In this document: positions 51,976 through 62,278 of the stretch, one piece after another | Layout of the letters: each line of letters starts with the position of its first letter | How positions within the stretch are numbered: position 1 is the first letter of the stretch | Origin: a virus | DNA: 64,000 nt | Strand: one strand, 5' to 3' | Virus record (IMG/VR): IMGVR_UViG_3300029238_000243 | Program-made: the position numbers and the translations under genes | Notes under the pieces: generated by a model | Seen by the model: only the letters and a program-made list of their open reading frames with translations | Databases searched by the model: none | Told to the model about the DNA's origin: nothing

Positions 51976-52127
51976 TTTTCATCCTCCGTAATATGTACTC
52001 TAATATCTTTCTCACTTTCGTTTTGTTTACTGTATATCCGTTCTGGTCTTGTTGTGCCAGTTCCTGAAACCATAACATTTCCCGGCATGGTTCCTCATGA
52101 ATGATTTCCTCTCTGCGTTCATCCATG
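51975..52127 (-). CDS. Small ORF of about 50 aa immediately upstream of, and overlapping, the ECF-fusion start.
   Basis: It has the RBS aaaggagggattgcATG, and its stop overlaps the ATG at 51975. Confidence 0.3.
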
Positions 52128-52368
52128 CAATCCCTCCTTTCTGTCCGTCTACTTAAAAGACAGTAGAAAACAGGAATCGGTTTTAGGTTTTCTTCAACAA
52201 TTCAACATTTTATAACTGTTCGCTGTTTTGCACAAGCCTGTTTTCGTATATTCATGCATTTTTGTATATATTGCCGGATGATTCGTTTCCGGCATTCGTG
52301 TGCACTGAAACACATATTTAAAGTATTGAACAAAAATATATGCACACAAAAGGAGGAAACAAAAGAAA

Positions 52369-52988
52369 TGAATCAGAGAGGTTTCAGTTTAAAGAAATGT
52401 ATGGTAGGACTTGTATTGGCAATCGCAATGGTTATCCAAACACCAGTATCAGGATTTGCAGCAGATGTTTGTACGCAGAGTAACGTTGTCCAGGCAGAAG
52501 GAAAAGTTTCGAAGACCAGAGTCAACAATGTAAATGCGTACTATTTAGGAATTCCGGAGAATGTAAGACAATATCTGGAGGACCGAGGTTGGACATTCAT
52601 CTGCTCAGATCAGAGTTTTGGTAAACGATATGGGTATACAGGATCGATTCTCGCTTTAACACTTTATAACGACAAGGTTATCTATATTGATAATCGAAAG
52701 AAAGCAGAGCCCTCAATCGTACACGAAGTCGGGCATGCTATTGATTATTCCTACGGGTTTACCTCAAATTCGCAGGCGTTTAATGATATATTCGCTGTAG
52801 AACATAATAATGTAAGCTCATTTTGGAAAACGCATCATAATAACACGGACACAGCTATCGAATATTTTGCTGAAGCGTTCCAGATCTATGTGCAGCAGCC
52901 AGAAAATTTACAGACTTACTGTCCGCAGACCTACGAGTATATTCAAAATATTGTTTCCGGACTTAGACCTGAAACAACCGAAAATTAA
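52369..52988 (+). CDS. Secreted zinc metallopeptidase of the anthrax-lethal-factor / PPEP-like (M34-like) type.
   Basis: It has a signal peptide, an HEVGHAID (HExxH) motif and a downstream EYFAEAF motif (third-ligand Glu). Confidence 0.6.
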
Positions 52989-53066
52989 GCAAAAGAAAAC
53001 ACCCATGGAACTCATTTTGAGTCTGAGGGTGTTTTTGTTGTGGTACTGTATGGTAATGTATGGTAA

Positions 53067-54857
53067 TTAATCGCCGATGTCGCCAGGATCATCTAAGTCA
53101 TCGAACTCAGGATCATCCAATGCATTTTGGTCATCCAATGTCATTGTGTCTGACATATTAAGTGCGCCTATATTGATATCTCCGGTAATCGGGGCTCCAT
53201 ATTCGAGATGCTGTCTGATTTCCTCCATATCTGAAGCGCTAATACTCGGATCCGCATATTTGGATACATCGATATTATGATCCATACCATACCGAATCTG
53301 TTTCATCTGTTCATTAGTATATTCCGGATCCATATATACAGAGACATCAAGTCCGGATTCCATTCCAATTCGGATCTCATTCATTTGAAATCCGTTAAAT
53401 ACTGGATCTGCATATGTGTAAACAGATGCAAAATCTAAACCATGTCGCAATCCTTCTGTAATCTGGCGCATCTGATAAGAATCAAACTCCGGTTTCGCAT
53501 AGAACGATACATCAATACCAGATTCCAAGGCTTTCTTGAGTTCTAACATCTGGTAAGAATTAAAAGCTGGATCCGCATATTTTGAAACATCAATGCCGGA
53601 TTCCATGCCACGCCGAATTGCATCCATCTGGTATTTGTCATATTTCGGATCCGCATAAATGGAAACGTTTAATCCTTTTTCCAGACCATACCGGATCTGT
53701 CTCATTTGTTTCCAGTCATATCTCGGATCCGTATATTTTAATACATCTACATTGCTTTCAAACCCGAGCATCAACTGATGTTTCTGGTTCGTATCCATCT
53801 GACTTAACAGTGATTTCATTTCTTTTTCTGGATCTGATTCGATTCCTTTAATCATATTAACGTAATTTGTAACATTGATTCCTGCACTCAGTCCAATAAA
53901 AATATTATGCATCTGCTGTGGTGTGAGTGCCGGATCCGCATAAATAGATACATCCAAACCACTTCGCAAGCCATCTTTGATTTCCTCCATCTGTTCTACA
54001 GAAAATGCCGGATCTGCAAACTTGGTAACATCAGCAACAGGCATGCCATCCATCAGTCCAAAACATATCGTATCCATCTGCTTTTGCGTGAACTGCGGAT
54101 TTGCATAAATAGAAGCATCGACGCCCTGCTCAAGACCAAACATAATGGAATCCATTTGCTGTGGCGTAAACTTTGGATCTGCATACGGGGTAACATCAAT
54201 TCCCTTTTCAAGTCCATAGATGATGCTTGACATCTGTTCTGTTGAAAATGCCGGGTCTGCGTATTTTGTAACATCAATTCCGGAAATCAAACCGCTTCTG
54301 ATATAATGCATCTGTGTGGTACTAAGCTCTGGATTACAAAGCGCTGATATGTCGTAGCCTTCTTTCATCACCATATGCATGATTGCCATTTGATCTGAAT
54401 TATACTTTGGGTCTGCATATTTCGATACATCAAATCCATTCTCCAAACCATTCAAGATATAATACATCTGAACAATATCGTATTCTGGGTTTGCATAAGC
54501 AGATACGTCTAGTCCTTCTTTCAGACCTGTCATGATAATACGAAGCTGACCTTCCGTAAATTTCGGATCCATATATTTGGACACATCAAGATTATTTTCC
54601 AATCCTTCTCGGATGAAATACATCTTATCTGCATTGCATGTCGGATCCGCATATTGTGTCACATCAATACCGGATCGTAATCCAAGTTTGATCTCAGTCA
54701 TCTGATCTTCTGTGTACTGTGGGTCTGCATAAATAGATACATCCAGCCCGTCTTCCAAACCTTCACGAATTTCTATTGTTTGTGCAACAGTATACAAAGA
54801 CCAATCAATTTCATTCTCAAGTTGACTTACGTCTACAGGTTTCTTTTTGTCTGCCAT
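53067..54857 (-). CDS. Tandem-repeat protein with about 16 repeats of about 34 aa (consensus ..GL..G.DVS.YADP.F...QM..I...).
   Basis: The periodicity is visible in the translation, for example DVSKYADPKFTEGQLRIIMTGLKEGL. Confidence 0.7.
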   Translation of the reverse strand: MADKKKPVDVSQLENEIDWSLYTVAQTIEIREGLEDGLDVSIYADPQYTEDQMTEIKLGLRSGIDVTQYADPTCNADKMYFIREGLENNLDVSKYMDPKFTEGQLRIIMTGLKEGLDVSAYANPEYDIVQMYYILNGLENGFDVSKYADPKYNSDQMAIMHMVMKEGYDISALCNPELSTTQMHYIRSGLISGIDVTKYADPAFSTEQMSSIIYGLEKGIDVTPYADPKFTPQQMDSIMFGLEQGVDASIYANPQFTQKQMDTICFGLMDGMPVADVTKFADPAFSVEQMEEIKDGLRSGLDVSIYADPALTPQQMHNIFIGLSAGINVTNYVNMIKGIESDPEKEMKSLLSQMDTNQKHQLMLGFESNVDVLKYTDPRYDWKQMRQIRYGLEKGLNVSIYADPKYDKYQMDAIRRGMESGIDVSKYADPAFNSYQMLELKKALESGIDVSFYAKPEFDSYQMRQITEGLRHGLDFASVYTYADPVFNGFQMNEIRIGMESGLDVSVYMDPEYTNEQMKQIRYGMDHNIDVSKYADPSISASDMEEIRQHLEYGAPITGDINIGALNMSDTMTLDDQNALDDPEFDDLDDPGDIGD

Positions 54858-55047
54858 GATTCTTTTCCTCCTTCTTGAAAAATCTCTGGTTTTCTACTCA
54901 TCTAACTAAATATGTGCTCTAAGAACGTGCTATTAACGGCTTGTTTTTGTTCCGTTCATCCGGTTCCGTATATTTTGGATTTTCTTTTTGAACACAAAGA
55001 AAGCGGAACCGATCATCTCGGAACCGCAATCTTCGTCTTCCATAATT

Positions 55048-57651
55048 TTAGTCTACGATATCGCCAATATCATCCGGTTCTACATTCTCTTCCGGATAGA
55101 AACCGGTATCATTAGCATCCTGCCGGAACTCAGGAACATTCATGTCACCAGCGATAGCATCCATTCTAGGGCCAGAAATACTCATATCTCCAGCGATATG
55201 TTCGATATCCGGTTCCTTTTTACCTGCTGCCATAAGTTCGGATGCGATGTAATCGAAGTCATTTGTGGAAACGACCTTGGCATCCGGTTGTAACGGCAGC
55301 TCTTTGTTCTCTGTATACAGTTCCGGTTTCATGGTAAAGATCATATCAGCTTCTGTAGGTTCAAAAACTTCTGTTGCTTTACCAGCGCATACATAAGCTG
55401 CAACCAAGTCACCAAGTGATGGTGTATAGTTGTTTGTATACCGGTGAATCAAAGCTTCCGTTGCGTTCATATATGCTACGTTTGCAATATTCTGGAGTCC
55501 TTTTTCGTGTTCCAATGGTTTGTCTACCCAGATAAATTCGTCCTTTTCGACATCATAGATAAGAGGAACCGTTGCTGTTGATTCGGAGTTAAGGTCAATG
55601 AGTGCTTCTACGGTAGATGGTTCAAAAATCTGACCATTAAACTCATTCCATTTGTCATGCCATACATTTGGATCTAAAGAACCTTGTCTCTGCATGAATC
55701 CGAATTTTACGACATCAAGTTTATTGTATGGAACATTGCTGTAACTATTCACTGACAATACCATATACTTGATACCCGCTTCCCTACATTTCTGCTTATC
55801 GATATCCATATATTCGGCTGAGAATACAGGTGCACTTGTGATATCACCACCATGAATAGCGACAAGATCTCTGGATTTATCATCTTTCTGCACATATGCT
55901 TTCTGATCATAATAAGCGCATTCTGTAATAAGGTTTAAATCTTTATCATAGAAAGCAGCAGAGGTGTCAATATCAATACGCTCCTGATTTTGATTCTGCC
56001 AGCCAATAAACTGACGGATGATATTGCAATTTTTGTCGCCTTTCATAATGGATCCGGAAGTTAAGGAACTACCTTTTGAGGAGCTTCTCTCTCCGTTTTC
56101 TGGAAGCAGCATGTCCACAACATTCGGATCTATATAAACGCGACCTAAATTGTCATGAGTCTGAAGCTGTTTTGAAACAGAATCAATGATTCCTTTTTTG
56201 ATCATCTGCGCCTGGTCTTCTGCAAAATGATAAGTACTTTCCTCTTTTACGAAACGACCAAGTTTTGCGACATGGATGGCACGATACGGAAGTCCTTTTT
56301 CATACAAGTCAACCAGGTTATACAGCTTTAACTGCTCACGGATTGGTGTTTCATATGCGTTTGCGGCATAAATATCACAAATAGCCTGTAACTGATCATG
56401 TTTGATCCCGGCAACCGCAAACTGAATGAAGTTACGATTGAATACGCCAGGAAAATCGTGTGCCGCTTTTTCGGTCAAAGCAAGCGCATCATCGGCACCA
56501 GAACGAACGGCGTCTAAAGCTTTCTGTACGACAGCATAAGGTGATACGATTGGCACTCCAATCTCGTTTACCTTCTGTCCGGAATACAGATTATCGTACG
56601 CTTTCTGTAAACGAGAATAAACGGTATCTCTTGGTACTGATTTTGAAAAAGTCTTAAACAAATCAGGACGAAGCCAGACTGCAGTAAACAGATCGTGCGT
56701 CTTATCCAAAAGGCTATTCATCATTCTTGCTTCCGAACGTGATAATTTAAAGTAAACCTTACCGGCAAGACCTGGTTTATTCTCAATTGTTTCCTGATTA
56801 CGTTTTGTACGCCATTCCAGATGTCCATTATCACGAGTTTCTCCCTTTTTCGGATTCCAAACAAATACTTTCGCTTTGCTTTTTACCGTATGAGTCTTTC
56901 CGTTTGATAATTCCGCAGCCAGACGAAGGACATCAGTTGCTTCGGTAACCAATTTATGCAGCATATCATCTTTTGCACGAGATGTAAGGTTACTGTTTTT
57001 TGTGATGTCGAAAGCAATGGCTGCCTTATTTTCTCGGTTAGGAATAGCCTGCTCATAAACCCATGGAAACCATTCGTTTGTGTCATGCATATAGTTAAGT
57101 AACGTCTCCATTTTAGGTTTTGATAACGAAGCTGTCGAAAACATACGGTCATGCATAGTCTCATGGATCAGGTAGTAATTATCAGTTTCGATCAGTTTTA
57201 AGTCACGATGAAAGTCTTCAAGTAATGGATTACGCTCTGATGCTTCAAATTCTGGACGTAAATCCGGGTTGAGATATTCTGCCAGCTGATTGATATACTG
57301 CTCTACTTCGCTCATTTCCATTACCTGTTCAGGGAAATCAGGATAAAATACAGTAGCATTCTGGAACGCTTCCGCCTGACTGGATTCGCGCACAGAATTC
57401 ATAAGCTTCTGACATTCTTTTACGATCTCAGACTCAGGAAGCGAAACCATGGTATCAAGAAGAGAAAGAGACATGGTACGTCCATAAGCTTCAAGGTTGC
57501 GGTTTGTAGACAAAACAAGCTGCATAGCGCGATCTGATGGATTTTCATTAATCTCAACAGAAGGCATTACCCATGTACCTGTTTCCTGATAGATGACGTC
57601 ACGATATTTAGTCACAAGGTCTTTTTCGTTTAACATAATTATTTCCTCCAT
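55048..57651 (-). CDS. Large 867-aa hypothetical protein with a C-terminal TerD-like domain.
   Basis: It has a long ORF and a TerD-like segment (GWQNQ..RIDIDTSAAFYDKDLNL...AIHGGDITS...MDID). Confidence 0.6.
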   Translation of the reverse strand: MEEIIMLNEKDLVTKYRDVIYQETGTWVMPSVEINENPSDRAMQLVLSTNRNLEAYGRTMSLSLLDTMVSLPESEIVKECQKLMNSVRESSQAEAFQNATVFYPDFPEQVMEMSEVEQYINQLAEYLNPDLRPEFEASERNPLLEDFHRDLKLIETDNYYLIHETMHDRMFSTASLSKPKMETLLNYMHDTNEWFPWVYEQAIPNRENKAAIAFDITKNSNLTSRAKDDMLHKLVTEATDVLRLAAELSNGKTHTVKSKAKVFVWNPKKGETRDNGHLEWRTKRNQETIENKPGLAGKVYFKLSRSEARMMNSLLDKTHDLFTAVWLRPDLFKTFSKSVPRDTVYSRLQKAYDNLYSGQKVNEIGVPIVSPYAVVQKALDAVRSGADDALALTEKAAHDFPGVFNRNFIQFAVAGIKHDQLQAICDIYAANAYETPIREQLKLYNLVDLYEKGLPYRAIHVAKLGRFVKEESTYHFAEDQAQMIKKGIIDSVSKQLQTHDNLGRVYIDPNVVDMLLPENGERSSSKGSSLTSGSIMKGDKNCNIIRQFIGWQNQNQERIDIDTSAAFYDKDLNLITECAYYDQKAYVQKDDKSRDLVAIHGGDITSAPVFSAEYMDIDKQKCREAGIKYMVLSVNSYSNVPYNKLDVVKFGFMQRQGSLDPNVWHDKWNEFNGQIFEPSTVEALIDLNSESTATVPLIYDVEKDEFIWVDKPLEHEKGLQNIANVAYMNATEALIHRYTNNYTPSLGDLVAAYVCAGKATEVFEPTEADMIFTMKPELYTENKELPLQPDAKVVSTNDFDYIASELMAAGKKEPDIEHIAGDMSISGPRMDAIAGDMNVPEFRQDANDTGFYPEENVEPDDIGDIVD

Positions 57652-57685
57652 GATTTGATTGATATATATATGAATGATTATTAGT

Positions 57686-57722
57686 TGACAAAGAGAACGG
57701 CTGCTAGAAAAACCAGCAGCCG
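57686..57722. terminator. Perfect hairpin terminator (CGGCTGCT-AGAAAAACC-AGCAGCCG).
   Basis: The hairpin is visible in the sequence. Confidence 0.55.
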
Positions 57723-58022
57723 AATATGAATGGATACCATGCTCTTTCGAACATTACACAATCAGAACACGAAAACCATATTAGGTCTTCACATTCTGTC
57801 CTCATTTCACAAGAATTCTGATGGCAGGTCAAAAGACCAGCATCAATTGTTTTTATAGAAGTATTCCATTTCGTAATCTCTATTCGCTGATATGAACTGG
57901 TATTACACTGCAATTCTGCAATGTAAGAAAATACAATTAGCAGTTGTATGGATTTACCCAATAGAAGTATCCAGTTTCTTTGTGCGATTATTTTAATCCC
58001 CTCTACATAGTTAAATATGTGC
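57690..58022 (-). ncRNA. Candidate non-coding unit 2, about 300 nt, running from the class-B box at 58011 to the terminator at 57700.
   Basis: It has no credible ORF and contains two copies of the repeat ATAGAAGTATyCnnTTyGTAAT (at 57847 and 57960). Confidence 0.35.
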
Positions 58023-58059
58023 GGGCGATTTACAAAGTAATACGTTTTCTTGTAAACAA

Positions 58060-58362
58060 AAAGAGAAAAGCTGCCGTAACGAACAGCAGCCATAGTTTTG
58101 TGAACAGGTAAGATACCCATAAAGGGTATTATCACATACATGAGTAAATGAAAGTTACTAGCTTTCATTACTCAAACCTTCAGTTATGTAATAGAAGTAT
58201 CCTGTTCGTAATTCTCTTTGCGCATTGTGAACTGATAGGAAACACATATGTGTTTCAAATTTCTGGATTTGACATACTCAAAAATAGAAGAATAGAAGTA
58301 TTCAGTTCGTATTGCGCATGATGTCTCCATTCATCATTTTGCTTACGTATTAAATATGGTAC
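58060..58362 (-). ncRNA. Candidate non-coding unit 1, about 280 nt, running from the class-B box at 58350 to the terminator hairpin at 58060-58098.
   Basis: It contains two repeat copies (58187 and 58300). A class-A box at 58427 lies upstream in tandem. Confidence 0.35.
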
Positions 58363-58426
58363 GCATACTTGCAAACTAAAACGAGTTTTCTCTGATGAAC
58401 GACGGCTATTGTTGTTTACGAATATT

Positions 58427-58462
58427 ACAAGGCTCACTTTTTGGAAAACTCGTCAGGAAAAT
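58427..58462 (-). promoter_or_regulatory. Class-A promoter-like box.
   Basis: Its reverse complement is TTTCCTGACGAGTTTTCCAAAAAGTGAGCCTTGTAAT. Confidence 0.45.
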
Positions 58463-58559
58463 GAGAAAAAGTTTATGTTTATTGACGGATGGGTGTTGGG
58501 CATAAAGAAAAGCCACACTTTGTTGTGTGACTTTTCTTGAAATGATGGGGTATGGGATT

Positions 58560-58868
58560 AATCATTTAATCCTGCGTTATTAAATATATCAGTTTCTACT
58601 GTTACGTTATTACCAAATGCTGCTATCAACGCTGATTTGCATGTATATCTGTCCTTTATAGGTTACAGATTCTAAACTTATACAATCATGGAATGCCCCG
58701 TCTCCAATGTTTGTTACGAGTTCCTTGTTTAGCGGTAGCTGGCAGTAAGGCGGTCGTGCTGCTTACCTTCTCCACACCATCACGAGTGCCAATGTAGTTG
58801 ATGTAATTGGTTAGGTGCGTTGGTGTGGAATTGTTGAGGTAGTTGCAACGCAAGATTAGTTTTGGCAT
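58560..58868 (-). pseudogene. C-terminal fragment of a BspA-type LRR gene.
   Basis: The translation (..VTNIGDGAFHDCISLESV..) matches the repeat of the gene at 46166..49729. It is frame-disrupted and abuts the IS91-family element. Confidence 0.45.
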
Positions 58869-58974
58869 GAGATCCTCCTATAAAAAAGTGTCTGCGACAC
58901 TCTCAACTCCCCTAACCCCTCATTCATGAGGGGAAGGGGTTTTCTTATCTCTTTCTTTATTGTAAAATTCTATT

Positions 58975-60099
58975 ATGAATATATTACAATCCATCTTTAC
59001 CGATTATTATGAACACATCATTTACGAACTCCATCCTCGTCCTGCTGTCATTGAAAATGTCAACAAGATGATTCATTGTGGTGATCCTTCTCACGGTGGT
59101 GCCATGTATGGCTGTCCTCACTGTGGAAATCTTAAATTTGTTCCCTTTCGCTGTAAAAGTCGTTTTTGCCCTTCCTGCGGAAACAAATACAACCAGCTTC
59201 GTTCTTTTCATATGTCCTGTAAGCTTGTTTCTTGCGTTCATCGCCATTGTGTTTTCACTATCCCAGCGGAACTTCGCGTTTATTTTCTCGAAGACAGAAC
59301 TCTCTTAGATTGTTTATTTCATTCTGTTCGTGATGTTGTCTTACGCATGTTTTCCAAAATGAATAAAACCGAAAACTTTACTCCTGGGCTTATCTGTGTT
59401 CTTCACACTTTTGGGCGTGATTTAAAATGGAATCCTCATATCCACGCTCTCATCTCAGAGGGTGGGGCTGGTAACATCACTCCTTGGCGTCCTGTCAAAC
59501 ACTTTGATTACAATTTCCTTCGTAATGCTTTTCGCAAAGTACTGCTTGAACGACTTACCTCCCGCATTGGTCCGGCTTTTCGCAAAGTCAAAAATGAAAT
59601 GTACACGAAACACGCTGACGGCTTTTATGTCCGTGCAAAACCAAATCTTTGCACTCCTGATATCACCATTAAATACATCAGCCGATACCTCGGCAGACCT
59701 GTTATTGCCACATCGCGTATTGATACTTATGACGGTGAAAACGTAACCTTTCATTACACCAGACACGAAGACAATAAAACTGTTACTGAAACCATTCCTG
59801 CTTTAAACTTCATTCAAAAACTCATTGTCCATATCCCCGAAAAACATTTCAAAATGCTTCGCTACTATGGGATATATGCAAAACATCATAAGCAGGAAAT
59901 GAAGCTCCGTAAATGTATTTCTGCCGAAAAACAACGTTTCCTACGTTCTATTCAGGACTGGCGGCAATCCATTCTGCTCTCTTTCGGATACGACCCTCTC
60001 TGTTGTTCCGAGTGTGGTACTTCTATGTTGGTTTTAGAAGTTTACCACAAAAAAACTGCACTATTTGAACAATATCGAAAGGTTATGAAATATGGATAA
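58975..60099 (+). CDS. IS91-family (Y2 HUH rolling-circle) transposase.
   Basis: It has an N-terminal zinc-binding motif (CPHCG..CPSCG), the HUH motif HTFGRDLKWNPHIHALISEGG and the segment RYLGRPVIATSRI. A hairpin (CCCCTAACCCCTCATTCATGAGGGGAAGGGG) lies upstream. Confidence 0.75.
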   Translation: MNILQSIFTDYYEHIIYELHPRPAVIENVNKMIHCGDPSHGGAMYGCPHCGNLKFVPFRCKSRFCPSCGNKYNQLRSFHMSCKLVSCVHRHCVFTIPAELRVYFLEDRTLLDCLFHSVRDVVLRMFSKMNKTENFTPGLICVLHTFGRDLKWNPHIHALISEGGAGNITPWRPVKHFDYNFLRNAFRKVLLERLTSRIGPAFRKVKNEMYTKHADGFYVRAKPNLCTPDITIKYISRYLGRPVIATSRIDTYDGENVTFHYTRHEDNKTVTETIPALNFIQKLIVHIPEKHFKMLRYYGIYAKHHKQEMKLRKCISAEKQRFLRSIQDWRQSILLSFGYDPLCCSECGTSMLVLEVYHKKTALFEQYRKVMKYG

Positions 60100-60356
60100 A
60101 TCCATGTTCATAATAATTCTTTCTCCATAGTCAGATAGTGCAGCTAACCTAAACCAAAACAAAAAACTTCATAAACAACGTCATGGCGAAGCCCCCTTCG
60201 CTCTTTTGTTATGTCATTTTTTATTTCCAGCCTATTATACACTATTTCTGACGATTTGAGAAATTTCCTATAAAGTAAAAAAAGACCACTGCTTTAAACA
60301 GTGATCTTAATAAATCTGCATGGCAAAGGCAGATACTAGTCGTATCTGAATTTTTC

Positions 60357-60536
60357 TTATCTGGCTAAACAAGTAGAGGCTTTCTTATAAGCATGCGCAT
60401 AGCGAAAACGATCCTCATCAATTTTCTTATCTGACTCACGTACCAACTCCTGATATTTCTTTCCTGCTCTGGGCTTACTTTTCGTAGTCCCTTTAATACC
60501 AAACTGAACTGCATCACTCAATATAATCCTTGCCAT
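60357..60536 (-). CDS. Small basic protein (59 aa).
   Basis: It has the RBS aggagaaaagaaATG. Confidence 0.3.
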   Translation of the reverse strand: MARIILSDAVQFGIKGTTKSKPRAGKKYQELVRESDKKIDEDRFRYAHAYKKASTCLAR

Positions 60537-60599
60537 TTCTTTTCTCCTAACATCAATGCTCATTTCATTATTGGATGAGCCCTAATTGGCACTCTATTT

Positions 60600-61398
60600 T
60601 TAATACACAGTAATCGTTACTGCCTGGGTTGCTCCATTACAAGCGGTTTCCGTTTCAACATCATATGTATTGATGCTAATAGTGACTTCGTTTTTTCCTT
60701 CATCCAGCAACTCATACATATTCGCTTCTACCATGTTACCAGGTTTGATTGCTTTGGTCTCAAAGATAACTTCATCATCTTTTATGATCTGATACTGCAG
60801 ATATACAGTGTTCGCTTCCGGATTACCAAGACGAATCGTCGGATTATCTTTTGATACACCTAGATTTGAGTATCCAGGAATTTCAATAGATTCTGTGATC
60901 GCAGTCTCAGTCTGGTCCTGAATGGTTCCGTCCCACTTGTTATCGCCTTCAATTTCAATGTCTGGTCTATTTGGTGTCGTCGGTGCGTTTGCCGGACCAC
61001 AGCCATCACATGATCTAAGAAGTAATAACAGGATGATAATGATGATTGCAATCACTGCTGCTGCAACCTTTCGTATGGTTTTCTTTTTCTCTAGCTTCTC
61101 TTCTTTGTCTTCTGATTTGTTTCCAGAAAACTCTGAAGCCGGATCTGAGATAACTACATTTTCGGTTGCATCCTGAATATCGGAACAGCCCGCTTTCCTT
61201 AAATCTTCTTCGGTATACTTGTAGTCGGCGTCTACTTCTGACTGATCTGGGTTTTCCGGCTGTTTTGGAACCGAAGTCTCTGGCTCCGTGCTTTTGTTTT
61301 CTACATCTGCGTTTTCGATTGTTGGAGCCTTAATTTCCGGTTCCTGCTGTTTTGTGTTCTGTTTGTTTTCGTTTTCAAGTTCGATTTCTTTACTCATT
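60600..61398 (-). CDS. Exported/membrane protein. An N-terminal extension to 61688 is possible.
   Basis: MSKEIELENE has an RBS, and a class-B box lies at 61436. There is a TM helix (AAAVIAIIIIILLLLL). The alternative ATG at 61688 has a strong RBS but crosses an 18-bp DNA repeat. Confidence 0.55.
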
Positions 61399-61708
61399 TT
61401 ATTCGTTTCCTTTCCGTCATGTTTTTTCTGACGGTTTAAATATGTGCGAGTAAAAAACAAAGAAATACGATTTGAAAACGAAGCAATTCTACCGGTAAAC
61501 ACAGCAAGTCTGTTTAATATTTTTAGATCCATGGGTGTTTCATCCGGATCATCATCTTCGTACGGATCATCATCTTCGTACGAACTATCATTTTCGTACG
61601 AACGAGAACGGCGACGATGGCCATTTGATGTCATAACACGGTTCGATGTTGTTAAAGAACTCATTAAAAGTGGCGGCATCGGCATCATGATTAGCAGTTT
61701 CCTCCTTA

Positions 61709-61972
61709 TTAACCAAAATAATAAGTACCATTAACAGTATCCAAAAGTGCGGTTACATTGTTGAGTTTGATATTTAGGTTATCGAAGTCTACAATTTCCG
61801 AAAACTTTACGATATCATAACTCTTACTGTCAATAATTTCTCTGAGTTTATCAGTCGCTGCTTTCCCTGTTTTGTAGTAATTGATGAGGTTTACAATATA
61901 ATTTCCAAAAACATAGACATATAGGACAACGAATACAGCAGCAGCACAAATTGTGCGATCACGATACTCAAG
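61709..61972 (-). pseudogene. 3' part of a membrane-protein gene interrupted by the IS605-family insertion.
   Basis: The reading frame is open right up to the IS right-end boundary and contains no start codon (LEYRDRTICAAAVFVVLYVYVFGNYIVNLINYYKTGK...). Confidence 0.55.
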
Positions 61973-62200
61973 CTAACTGATCTGCACGCCAGTAGGCGGC
62001 AGGTTTCAGTACAGGAGGACGTCACTTAAGGTTTGAAACACCAGGACATCGGGATCTTCATTGAAGTTTCCTGGTGTCTTTTTTATGGTATTCAAAGCTG
62101 TCTGTTGTAATCTCTCCGTTGCAGAAACGTTCAAGACATCCCTACAGGGTAGGTTTCACAGGACTTTCGTCCTGCAGTCTTACGGTCTCAGCTGGAACCG
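61973..62200 (-). ncRNA. Putative omega RNA (TnpB guide-RNA scaffold) downstream of the tnpB 3' end.
   Basis: A conserved structured region lies between the tnpB stop and the right end of the element. It is duplicated in the mini-element. Confidence 0.45.
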
Positions 62201-62278
62201 TTTAAAATGTATATGTAAAATAGAAACTGTAGTTTTGTTCTATGTGTGTATATAAAAAGTTATTGTTCCATGTATGTG

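Noticed and set aside
57704-58168. A 154-aa minus-strand ORF in the 57.7-58.4-kb region.
   Set aside because: It spans the promoter boxes, the repeats and a terminator hairpin, and has an implausible composition. The region is better explained as non-coding units.
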